From NCBI GenBank assembly GCA_965220505.1, contig CBDCQE010000001.1:475082-539081 (forward strand): a stretch of 64,000 nucleotides of DNA, in the 5' to 3' direction. The stretch comes from Dehalococcoidia bacterium (GTDB lineage Bacteria > Chloroflexota > Dehalococcoidia > Lucifugimonadales > UBA3495). The translations under genes and the position numbers were made by a program. Shown here piece by piece: positions 1 to 8,035 of this stretch. Below the pieces are notes generated by a model. The model made no database searches. It was not told the DNA's origin and saw only the letters and a list, made by a program, of their open reading frames with translations. Numbering within the stretch: position 1 is the first letter of the stretch; the number at the start of each line of letters is the position of its first letter.

Positions 1-122
1 ATTTCGGCGTCCAAGCGACGCTGTTCGATGGCCTCGTGGATGAAACGAAGCAGGCCGCGCGAGCCTTCTCCCCGGCCAGTGGAAAACCATCCTATCCGCA
101 GCATCGCGCCGAGCCGGTACAT
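1..122 (-). CDS. partial CDS (5' end only, continues past window start); N-terminus resembles formyltransferase-family proteins
   Basis: Minus-strand ATG at 122 (alternative ATG at 104), 10 nt after the xseB stop. It reads MYRLGAMLRIGWFSTGRGEGSRGLLRFIHEAIEQRRLDAEI to the window edge. The family call rests only on a remembered GWFSTGRGxGS N-terminal motif. Confidence 0.35.
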   Translation of the reverse strand, partial: MYRLGAMLRIGWFSTGRGEGSRGLLRFIHEAIEQRRLDAE

Positions 123-131
123 CGCCGAGGA

Positions 132-476
132 TCAGAACGGCGGATCGTCATCGTCAAAAAGGGAGGGGTCGTCGGGTTCCAACGGGGGCGGCGGTTCCCA
201 GTCGTCATTGGCGAGCGGATACTCGGGAGCGGTCGATGCGGCAGGAGCGCGGCCGTCTCCGATCTGGGTGATGCGGAGTTCAGTTTCGGTGAGAAGCTCC
301 TGGCAACGACCGGCCAATTCCATGCCTTCGTGGTAAAGGCGTTCCGCGTCAGTGAGCGATAGTTCGCCCTGTTCGAGGCGGGAGACGGTGTCCTCGAGGC
401 GACGATAAGCCTCCTCGAATGGCATCGCGGCGAGTTGTGCCCGCCAGGCGTCGCTGGGTTCGGTGATATCCGTCAT
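132..476 (-). CDS. xseB: exodeoxyribonuclease VII small subunit with long acidic/Pro-rich C-terminal tail
   Basis: 114-aa ORF. Core FEEAYRRLEDTVSRLEQGELSLTDAERLYHEGMELAGRCQELL matches the XseB helical hairpin. It lies 15 nt downstream of xseA. Confidence 0.85.
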   Translation of the reverse strand: MTDITEPSDAWRAQLAAMPFEEAYRRLEDTVSRLEQGELSLTDAERLYHEGMELAGRCQELLTETELRITQIGDGRAPAASTAPEYPLANDDWEPPPPLEPDDPSLFDDDDPPF

Positions 477-491
477 GGTTAGGGACGGCCG

Positions 492-1823
492 CTACAGCAG
501 CGGCTTCATGGCCGGAGGAGGGCCGGAGGAACGCCGGCCGCCGCGCTTGCGCGGGTTTGAGGCGGCAACCGGATCGCTGGCCACCGGTGCGGCCGGGATT
601 TCCCGGGGGACACCATCGGACTCAGGGGACGCGGGATGATGGCCGGCCGTAGCCGTCAAGTGGCCGCCGGCCAGAGAGATGTCAAGGTGGGTGCCGTCGG
701 AAACCTGCTCGGGCGAAGTGAGCACGGCGCCGTCGCCAGACAGGCGGACGACGGCGTAACCGCGTCGCAGGGTATCGGCGGGGTTGAGCGCGCCCAATTT
801 CCCTACCAACGTGGCAACGTCCCGCCCGGCCAGCGAGTGGCGATGACGAATGGACGCTGCGGCGCGTTCCGCGAATTCGTCGACGCGGCGGCGCATGGAG
901 GCAACGTCGGGCGCGCGACGCTGTAGGCGCTGCTGGTGGAAGAGAACCGATGACCGGAGACGGTCGACGTGACCCACCACCACCGACGTCATATGCTGCC
1001 GCGCGCCGAAAATGTCGGCCATGAGTTGGTTGCGGTCAGGGGTAACCAGTTCGGCGGCAGCCGATGGCGTGGGAGCGCGGCTGTCGGCAACCTCGTCAGC
1101 GATGGTGGTGTCGGTCTCGTGGCCGACGCCGGAGACAATGGGGATGCTGCTGGCGAAGATGGCGCGAGCGACCTCCTCCGAATTGAAGCACCACAGGTCT
1201 TCAAGAGACCCGCCGCCGCGCGCGACTATGATGACGTCGGCCATGCCCTCGTCGTTGAGCGATCGGATTGCGTCGGCGATTAACTCGCCGGCCCCGTCGC
1301 CCTGGACGGAAGTGGGAGACAGGCGCAACTCGGCGAGGGGGTAACGCCGCATGACGACGTTACGGATGTCTTGCCAGACCGCGCCGCTGGGCGAAGTGAC
1401 CACGCCGATGACCCTGGGGAAAACCGGCACCGGCCGTTTCCGGGAAGGGTCGAAAAGGCCCTCGGCCGCCAACTGCTGTCGGAGGCGAGCCAACTCCAGA
1501 GCCAGGGCGCCGGCGCCCACGGGGAGCACGGCTGAAACCTGCATGTTGGCTTCGCCCGACGGCGGGTAGAAGGTGAAGTTTCCGCCGGCGAGGATTTCCT
1601 GACCATCTTCCAGGTATTCCTGGCCAGAGCGGCCGCGGAACATGACACAGCGGATGCTGCTGCCGTCCTCGCGCAGGGTGAAGTAGGAATGGCCGGATGC
1701 GACGGTGCGGAGGTTGGCAATCTCGCCCTGGACGGTCAGGCGTGAGAGAAGGCCGTCCGACTCAAGCTTGTCCTTGAGATAGACGGCCACCTGGCTGACG
1801 GTGTGAACTACCGGCGACAGCAT
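492..1823 (-). CDS. xseA: exodeoxyribonuclease VII large subunit
   Basis: 443-aa ORF with an N-terminal OB-fold region (VSQVAVYLKDKLESD...TVQGEIANL) and a catalytic core (GVVTSPSGAVWQDI, VARGGGSLEDLWCFN) typical of XseA. xseB is adjacent. Confidence 0.9.
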   Translation of the reverse strand: MLSPVVHTVSQVAVYLKDKLESDGLLSRLTVQGEIANLRTVASGHSYFTLREDGSSIRCVMFRGRSGQEYLEDGQEILAGGNFTFYPPSGEANMQVSAVLPVGAGALALELARLRQQLAAEGLFDPSRKRPVPVFPRVIGVVTSPSGAVWQDIRNVVMRRYPLAELRLSPTSVQGDGAGELIADAIRSLNDEGMADVIIVARGGGSLEDLWCFNSEEVARAIFASSIPIVSGVGHETDTTIADEVADSRAPTPSAAAELVTPDRNQLMADIFGARQHMTSVVVGHVDRLRSSVLFHQQRLQRRAPDVASMRRRVDEFAERAAASIRHRHSLAGRDVATLVGKLGALNPADTLRRGYAVVRLSGDGAVLTSPEQVSDGTHLDISLAGGHLTATAGHHPASPESDGVPREIPAAPVASDPVAASNPRKRGGRRSSGPPPAMKPLL

Positions 1824-1860
1824 GGAGCGGCACCGATTACGACGCGCAAGATTTCCTGAT

Positions 1861-2427
1861 CTACGAAACGCGTTCGGAGTAGGTCCCGTTGCGGGTATCG
1901 ACCTTCACGCGGGTGCCCGGGGTGATGAACATCGGGACGGTGATGCGCAGGCCGGTTTCCAGGGTGGCCGGTTTGTTGCCGCCCTGGGCTGTGTCACCCT
2001 TGAAGGCGGGCGGCGTGTCCACGACTTCAAGCTCGACGTGGATGGGGAGGTTCACGTTGATGGGGTTGCCCTTGTAGAACACCAGTTCGACCATCATGCT
2101 TTCGGTCAGGTAGCCCAGAGTGTCGCCCAGTTGGTCTGCGGTGAGCTCGTGTTGATCGAAGGTTTCCTGGTCCATGAAGTAGTAGCTCGACCCGTCGGTG
2201 TAGAGATACTGGGTCTCGCGGTTGTCGACCTCGGCCAAACTGAAAGCGGTGTCGTACCGTTGGAAAGTGCGCTCGATGACGGTGCCACTGACCAAATTCC
2301 GCATCTTGATGCGGGTAACGGGAGCGCGCTGCTGCATCTTGTGACGCTCGTAATCCATGACCTGCCAAGGCTGGTTCTCGAGTTCGATCACCATCCCCTT
2401 GTTGAGGTCGCTGAAGTTTATGCTCAT
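1861..2427 (-). CDS. efp: translation elongation factor P
   Basis: Internal ATG at 2427 of ORF 1861..2778 gives a 188-aa protein MSINFSDLNKGMVIELENQPWQVMDYERHKMQQRAPVTRIKMRNL... with full-length EF-P similarity. The upstream part of the ORF is Arg/Pro-rich junk. Confidence 0.95.
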   Translation of the reverse strand: MSINFSDLNKGMVIELENQPWQVMDYERHKMQQRAPVTRIKMRNLVSGTVIERTFQRYDTAFSLAEVDNRETQYLYTDGSSYYFMDQETFDQHELTADQLGDTLGYLTESMMVELVFYKGNPINVNLPIHVELEVVDTPPAFKGDTAQGGNKPATLETGLRITVPMFITPGTRVKVDTRNGTYSERVS

Positions 2428-2471
2428 ATCGGAAATCCCCCGGGCGGTTCGCCGACCGCAGATGACGGGCG

Positions 2472-2918
2472 CTAACCGGACTCGTCGGCAATGATGCCGG
2501 CCAACGCTTCCAGTGCAGCAGTATAGCCTCTCCAACCGAGCCCGGCAATTTGGCCGCGGGCAGTGTCGGCCAACACCGAATGGCGTCGCCACTCCTCGCG
2601 GGCGTGGATGTTGCTGAGGTGGACCTCGATGACGGGGACGCCGGCGTCGGTGAGAGCGTCCTTCAGCGATAGGCCGTAATGGGTCAGCGCGCCGGCGTTG
2701 ATGACGACGCCGTGGATGGAACCAGCGCATTCCTGGAGCTTGTCGATCAGCGCGCCCTCGTGGTTGGACTGGAAACATTCCACGGAGACGTCCAACGTGG
2801 CGGCGCGGTCGCTGATGCGGCGATTGATCTCGTCCAGGGTAAGGACGCCGTAATGGTGTCGGTCGCGGCGGCCCAGGGCGTTGAGGTTGGGTCCGTGAAG
2901 AACGAGGATGCTGGTCAT
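2472..2918 (-). CDS. aroQ: type II 3-dehydroquinate dehydratase
   Basis: 148 aa. ILVLHGPNLNALGRRD...QSNHEGALID...INAGALTHY...HLSNIHAREEWR are classic AroQ motifs. Its start overlaps the recombinase stop (ATGA). Confidence 0.9.
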   Translation of the reverse strand: MTSILVLHGPNLNALGRRDRHHYGVLTLDEINRRISDRAATLDVSVECFQSNHEGALIDKLQECAGSIHGVVINAGALTHYGLSLKDALTDAGVPVIEVHLSNIHAREEWRRHSVLADTARGQIAGLGWRGYTAALEALAGIIADESG

Positions 2919-3946
2919 TCTTCTTGGGGCGCCTGGTCGGTGTCGGGATCGGATTCGGACGCGGAGGCGAGGGGATGGAAGTCCATGTAGGCGCGGCGGG
3001 CTTCCTGCTTGGTGATGTGGGTGTAGAGTTGGGTGGTGGACACGCTGCTGTGGCCGAGGAGTTCCTGGATCACGCGGAGGTCGGCGTCGCCCTCGAGCAT
3101 GTGGCTGGCGAAACTGTGCCGCAGGGTGTGGGTGTGGATGCCGTCCTTGAGGCCGGCGCGGGCGGCGTAATCCCGCACGATTTTCTCGATGCTGCGGCGG
3201 GACAGGCGGCCGCCGTAGCGATTGACGAACAGCGGATCGCTGTGGGCGCCGGTGGCGGCGAAATGGGGCCGGCCGTCCTCCAGGTAGCGGTCCAACGCAT
3301 CCTGGGCGGGAGCGCCGTACAGGGTCCAGCGTTCCTTGTCGCCCTTGCCGCGGACGAGAATCTCGCGGCGATCATGGTAGATGTCACCCAGATTCATGCC
3401 CTGCAACTCCGCCAGACGAACGCCGCAGGCGTACAGGACCTCGAGGATGGCGCGGTCCCTGAGACCGGACGGGGTGTCATCGTCGGGCGCAGCCAGCAGG
3501 CGGCTGGCCTCCTGCTTTCCAAGGAAGCTGGGCAGGGGCTTTTCCACCTTGACCGGGAACGAACGAGCCGACGGAACCGGCGTGGAACTGAACCAACCCT
3601 CCTGGACCAGGAAATTGTAGAAAGTGCGGAGAGCGGTGAGCTTGCGGACGATGCTGACGCGGGCGTATCCGGCAGGCCGAGGGCCGTCGGATCTACCAGC
3701 GGTGGCGAGGAAGGCGACGTATCCTCGGAGGAGTTGGCGATCCATGTCGCGCAGGCCGTGGCCCTTGCGCCGGCAGTAGTCCAGAAAGGTGTGCAGGTCG
3801 TCGACGTAGATGCGCCGGGTGTTGTCGGACAGCGCGCGCTGCCCGGTGAGGTAGAGCCCGTAACGCTCCAGCAGGTCGGCGGTGGCCGGAGCGCAACTCC
3901 TGGAGTCCCGCGGCAGGGCCGCGAGGTCTGTTGGGCTAGCCGCCAA
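2915..3946 (-). CDS. tyrosine site-specific recombinase, XerC/XerD type (start uncertain)
   Basis: C-terminal catalytic region with LRDRAILEVLYACGVRLAEL, HTLRHSFASHML, LLGHSSVSTTQLYTH. The N-terminal SAM-like domain begins near LLERYGLYLTGQRALSDNT. The longest ORF starts at TTG 4093 inside topA. TTG 3946 is the nearest in-frame start upstream of the conserved N-terminus. Confidence 0.85.
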   Translation of the reverse strand: MAASPTDLAALPRDSRSCAPATADLLERYGLYLTGQRALSDNTRRIYVDDLHTFLDYCRRKGHGLRDMDRQLLRGYVAFLATAGRSDGPRPAGYARVSIVRKLTALRTFYNFLVQEGWFSSTPVPSARSFPVKVEKPLPSFLGKQEASRLLAAPDDDTPSGLRDRAILEVLYACGVRLAELQGMNLGDIYHDRREILVRGKGDKERWTLYGAPAQDALDRYLEDGRPHFAATGAHSDPLFVNRYGGRLSRRSIEKIVRDYAARAGLKDGIHTHTLRHSFASHMLEGDADLRVIQELLGHSSVSTTQLYTHITKQEARRAYMDFHPLASASESDPDTDQAPQEE

Positions 3947-6383
3947 CGCCAGCCAACTCCGGAGCGGCGCTGGAGGTTGCCTCGCTGGGCTCGGTCGTGG
4001 GCGGGTCGCCCTTCCACTTGCAATCGGTACAGCGGGCGCGACCACGGGCGGCGGTGACCAGCATGCCCCCGCAATCGGGGCACGGAGCCACAAGGGGCTC
4101 GGTGTTCACCAGGAACTCGCATTCCGGATAGCGGGCGCAGCCCCAGAAGGGCCGACCGGATTTCCGGGCGCGACGCTGCACGAGGTCCCCGCCGCACTTG
4201 GGACAGGGCACGTCACTCTTGGTGACGATGTTGCGGCGGTTGTCGCACGGGTTGTCTTCGGCGTTGTACCCGGTGCAGGCCAGGAAACGCCCGTAGCGTC
4301 CGGTCTTGATGACCATGGGGCGCTCACATTTCTCGCAAATCTCGTCGGTGGGCTCGTCGGGCGGGCGTTCGGCGTTGTCCCGCATGTTGCGCGTGTTCTG
4401 GCAGGCGGGATAGCCGCTGCACGCGAGGAACCTGCCGAAGCGACCCATCATCATGGTCATGGGTCGACCGCATTTTTCGCACGAAGGAGTGAAGGCCTGC
4501 TCGGCGAGATTGACCGCTTGGTGGAAGGGGCCATAGAAGTCGCGGAGCATGGGAACCCAGTCCTGTTCGCCCTGGGCAACGCTGTCCAGGTCCTCCTCCA
4601 TCTTGGCGGTGAACTCGGGGGCCATCACGTCGGCGAACCGCTCGGTGAGGAGGTCGGTGACCGTGCAGCCCAACTCGGTGGGAGACAGCCGCCGCTGCTC
4701 GCGCTGGACGTATTCCCTTTCGACCAGGGTAGCGATGGTGGGCGCGTAGGTGCTGGGGCGACCGATGCCCTTTTCCTCCATCTCGCGGATCAGCGTGGCC
4801 TCGGTGAACCGGGGAGGAGGCTGGGTGAAGTGCTGGTTGGCCTCGAGCTTCTGGTTTTTCAGACCGTCGCCGGCGGCCAATTCGGGGAGGGCATTTTCGC
4901 CGCCATCGGCGGCATCATCGCGTCCTTCGAGGTAGACGGCGCGAAAGCCGGGGAATTTGAGGACGGAGCCCGTCGCGCGGAAACGGAACACGCTATCCGA
5001 AGGCGCGACGCAATGGGCGTCGATCTCCACGGTGGTCGCTTCCAGCATGGCGTCGGCCATCTGGCTGGCGACCATGCGCTCCCAGATCAGGGTGTAAAGG
5101 CGCAACTGGTCTCTGTCCAGGTAGGCGGCCATGGCCTGGGGCGTGCGGCCCACCGACGTGGGACGTATGGCCTCGTGGGCTTCCTGGGCGTTCTTGCTGC
5201 GGGTCCGGTACGCGCGCGGTTTGTCCGGCACGTACTCCTTGCCGAAGCGCTGACGGACGTAATCGCGGGTTTCGCGCACCGCGGTATCGGCGACGTTGAC
5301 GCTGTCGGTACGCATGTAAGTGATGAGGCCGACCGAACCTTCGCTGCCGACGTTCAGGCCCTCGTAGAGCTGCTGGGCCAGCGCCATAGTCCGCTGGGCG
5401 GTGAACCGCAGCTTGCGCCCAGCATCCTGCTGGAGGGTGCTGGTGATAAAGGGTGGGGCGGGACGCTGGCGGCGCGGCTTCTTTTCCACCTTGTCGACGG
5501 AGTAGGCGGCGCCCTGGAGTTCGGCTTCCAGGCCGCGGGCCGTGGCTTCGTCGTTGATGCTCAGCTTGCGCGATCCCTTCCGGGAATGCAGCGTCGCGGT
5601 GAAGAGATTGGCTGGGAGATTGGGATCGGTATCCTTGTGGAGTTCTGCCTCCAGCGACCACCATTCCTGCGGCACAAAGGCGATGATTTCCCGTTCGCGG
5701 TCGACGATCATGCGCAGGGCGGCGGACTGCACGCGCCCGGCCGATAGCCCAAGCTTGACCTTGAGCCAGAGCAACGGGCTGATTTCGTACCCCACCAGGC
5801 GGTCCAGGATGCGCCGGGCCTGCTGGGCATTGACGAGTTGCATGTCAATTTCGCGGGGATGCTCGAACGCCTCCTCGACCGCCTGCTTGGTGATCTCGTG
5901 GAACACGACGCGCTTGGGGGGCTTTTCGAACTTGTCCCAGCCGGCCGCGGCCTGCAGGTGCCAGGAGATGGCCTCGCCTTCCCGATCAGGGTCGGTGGCC
6001 AGGAAGATGTCCGAAGCCTTGGCCCCGGCTTCCTTGAGCTCCTTGACCAGGTCGCGCTTGTCTTTCATAGTGAGGTACTTGGGGTTGAAATCCTGATCGG
6101 TGTCGACGCCGAGGGTGGACTTGGGCAGGTCGCGCACATGACCCATGGAGGCGGTGACCAGGTACTTGTTGCCCAGGATCTGGCCGACGGTGCGGGCCTT
6201 GGCCGGTGATTCGACGACGACGAGACGCTTGCCCTTGGAGGAAGGCATACGGGCGGCGCGGCCGGCGGCGGAGGCCTGGGAACCGGACTTGGCGGCGGCG
6301 CGTGATCCGGATCGCCGGGACTGACCGGTACGACCCTTGGTTGTCCGAGTGGTTTTAGCCGAGGTTCCTGTCTTGGGCGGCAT
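3936..6383 (-). CDS. topA: DNA topoisomerase I with four C-terminal zinc ribbons and a basic N-terminal extension
   Basis: 815 aa. TOPRIM domain LVVVESPAKARTV, active-site region ITYMRTDS, and four CxxC...CxxC ribbons (CEKCGRPM.., CEKCERPM.., CPKCGGDL.., CPDCGGML..). GGAGA RBS lies upstream of ATG 6383. Confidence 0.95.
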   Translation of the reverse strand: MPPKTGTSAKTTRTTKGRTGQSRRSGSRAAAKSGSQASAAGRAARMPSSKGKRLVVVESPAKARTVGQILGNKYLVTASMGHVRDLPKSTLGVDTDQDFNPKYLTMKDKRDLVKELKEAGAKASDIFLATDPDREGEAISWHLQAAAGWDKFEKPPKRVVFHEITKQAVEEAFEHPREIDMQLVNAQQARRILDRLVGYEISPLLWLKVKLGLSAGRVQSAALRMIVDREREIIAFVPQEWWSLEAELHKDTDPNLPANLFTATLHSRKGSRKLSINDEATARGLEAELQGAAYSVDKVEKKPRRQRPAPPFITSTLQQDAGRKLRFTAQRTMALAQQLYEGLNVGSEGSVGLITYMRTDSVNVADTAVRETRDYVRQRFGKEYVPDKPRAYRTRSKNAQEAHEAIRPTSVGRTPQAMAAYLDRDQLRLYTLIWERMVASQMADAMLEATTVEIDAHCVAPSDSVFRFRATGSVLKFPGFRAVYLEGRDDAADGGENALPELAAGDGLKNQKLEANQHFTQPPPRFTEATLIREMEEKGIGRPSTYAPTIATLVEREYVQREQRRLSPTELGCTVTDLLTERFADVMAPEFTAKMEEDLDSVAQGEQDWVPMLRDFYGPFHQAVNLAEQAFTPSCEKCGRPMTMMMGRFGRFLACSGYPACQNTRNMRDNAERPPDEPTDEICEKCERPMVIKTGRYGRFLACTGYNAEDNPCDNRRNIVTKSDVPCPKCGGDLVQRRARKSGRPFWGCARYPECEFLVNTEPLVAPCPDCGGMLVTAARGRARCTDCKWKGDPPTTEPSEATSSAAPELAGVGG

Positions 6384-6403
6384 ATGAAAAGTTCGTCTCC
6401 AGT

Positions 6404-7588
6404 TCAGGCGACCAGTTGGTAATGCATGGTCCCAACTTGTCTGACCAGACCCTTGAGCTCAAGCATGGTGAGCAGACCGCTGATTTCCGCGATGGGCCGG
6501 CCGCTGAGGGTTACCAGGTCGTCGATGTGTACCGGTTCCCTGGCGATGTGTTGAAGCAGTTCAGCCTCGTCGGTATCGGGGGGTTCCGAGGCGGTGGGCT
6601 GACATTCTATCGGATCATGGTAACGGGCGCGCGCTGTTTCTGCACTGCCATTCGCGCCAGATTTGGCGGACAGTTCCAGGGGGATCTGTCGTTCCGAGGT
6701 TTCCAGTCCGATTTCTACCAGTATATCGTTTACGTTGCAAACCAGCTTTGCGCCCTCGCGAATCAGGCGGTTGGTAAGCCGGCTGGATTTCGAGTATACG
6801 CTGCCCGGGACGCAGAAAATCTCACGGTTCTGCTCCAGGGCGTGGTAAACGGTCCACCGGGTGCCGCTGGTCTCTCCGGCCTCGGTGACCAGCGTGCCGA
6901 GAGTCATGCCGCTGATGATGCGGTTGCGCCGGGGAAAGTTTGACGCTTCCGGCCGGACGCCCAGGGGAAATTCGCTGATGATGGCGCCGCCCTCGGCGAC
7001 GATCTGCTCGGCCAGCCGCAGGTTTTCGCGGGGGTAAACGGTGTTCAACCCGTTTCCAAGCACGGCGACCGTCGTGCCGCCGACATCCACGGTGGCCTGG
7101 TGGGCGCGGGCGTCGATGCCCAAGGCGAGGCCGCTGACCACGACCACCCCGTGGGCGGCCAGGGACGAGCACAGATCGGCGGTGACCCGACAGCCGTAAT
7201 CCGTCGGGCGCCGTGTGCCGACAACGGCGATGGACGGCGCGTCGACGGCGGGCAGCGTCCCCCGCACGTAGAGCACTGGCGGCGCGTCGTCGGTCTCTTT
7301 CAGTCGCTGCGGATAGGCAGGGTCGTGCCAATTGAGGGCCGAAACTCCGGCGTCGTGGAGCCGGGACAATTCCTGATCCGGTGAGGACGTTTCCCGGGCG
7401 TCGATGATGGATTGGGCGACCGCGCGGCCCACTCCCGCGGCTCGCAGGTCGCGCGCGGGAGCCTCCCACGCCGCCGACAGGTCGCCAAGGAAGAAGGATT
7501 CGAGGAGGCGGAAACGGGCGGAACCCAGGCGGGGGACGCGGCTCAAGGCAACCCAATAGCCCAGGGGATCAGTTCGAGTGGCGCTCAT
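6404..7588 (-). CDS. dprA: DNA-processing protein DprA (Smf)
   Basis: Internal ATG at 7588 gives MSATRTDPLGYWVALSRVPRLG... Rossmann-like core VVGTRRPTDYG...VVSGLALGIDARAH...NFPRRNRIISG. It is followed by topA, a conserved dprA-topA synteny. Confidence 0.9.
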   Translation of the reverse strand: MSATRTDPLGYWVALSRVPRLGSARFRLLESFFLGDLSAAWEAPARDLRAAGVGRAVAQSIIDARETSSPDQELSRLHDAGVSALNWHDPAYPQRLKETDDAPPVLYVRGTLPAVDAPSIAVVGTRRPTDYGCRVTADLCSSLAAHGVVVVSGLALGIDARAHQATVDVGGTTVAVLGNGLNTVYPRENLRLAEQIVAEGGAIISEFPLGVRPEASNFPRRNRIISGMTLGTLVTEAGETSGTRWTVYHALEQNREIFCVPGSVYSKSSRLTNRLIREGAKLVCNVNDILVEIGLETSERQIPLELSAKSGANGSAETARARYHDPIECQPTASEPPDTDEAELLQHIAREPVHIDDLVTLSGRPIAEISGLLTMLELKGLVRQVGTMHYQLVA

Positions 7589-7739
7589 CGCAGGGATTCT
7601 AGCACAGGGTTTGAGCGGGAACGGCGGGATTGTGTCAGTGATTTCGATAGATACCGTGGACCGAAGAAGGAGAATTGGCACTGACGATGTGCGGCTCATA
7701 CGTGGCTCGGAAGTCTCGGGCGTAACCCTTTTCGTAAAT

Positions 7740-7850
7740 CGTCAGAAGCAGGATTTTCGGGATTTTATGATTTGGCAGGATTGGGAGATTCCATCACAGA
7801 ACCGTTCCAATCTTGGTAATCCTCAAATCTTGAAAATCCTGCTTCTGACG
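7740..7850. repeat. 111-nt inverted-repeat element: perfect 19-bp terminal inverted repeats enclosing ~9-nt periodic GATT-core units
   Basis: cgtcagaagcaggattttc at 7740-7758 is the exact reverse complement of gaaaatcctgcttctgacg at 7832-7850. The left arm has GATT cores at 7752, 7761, 7769, 7779 and 7787. The right arm has AATC cores at 7809, 7818, 7826 and 7835. The stretch is visibly AT-richer than its flanks. Confidence 0.8.
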
Positions 7851-7950
7851 TTTCTCCGCCGCAAACTAGATAGGCGTGAGGCTCGCAGGTTTCTTGCCCG
7901 TGCAATCAGGGTCGGCTAGTATTGCGGCCAGTGAACTGCGCGCAGCAACG

Positions 7951-7977
7951 TGGATTCCGGCGAAAGCCGGAGTGACG
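7951..7977 (+). repeat. REP-like 27-nt hairpin element, copy A
   Basis: tggattccggcgaaagccggagtgacg, with stem tccggc/gccgga and loop gaaa. It is followed by tandem gacgaaatgac at 7974-7984 and 7993-8003. Matches consensus TGGRTTCCNGC-N4-GCNGGANTGACG. Confidence 0.7.
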
Positions 7978-8035
7978 AAATGACCCTGGAACGACGAAAT
8001 GACGCCGACAGGACGGATTGGATTAGGAGGTCCCG

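Noticed and set aside
2915-4093. Full-length 392-aa version of the Xer recombinase starting at TTG 4093
   Set aside because: It would overlap the 3' end of topA by 158 nt. The extra N-terminal residues are Pro/Ala/Arg-rich with no similarity to the Xer N-terminal domain. A start at or after 3946 is more plausible, though unresolved.
3882-5747. 621-aa plus-strand ORF antisense to topA
   Set aside because: Gly/Ala/Arg/Val-rich low-complexity translation with no recognisable motifs. It fully overlaps a confidently identified topA on the other strand, which is typical shadow-ORF behaviour in GC-rich DNA.
7749-7838. Periodic short repeats considered as a possible CRISPR array
   Set aside because: The period is only about 9 nt, with no spacer-length unique sequences. 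The two halves are in inverted orientation and no cas genes are present, so this is not CRISPR architecture.
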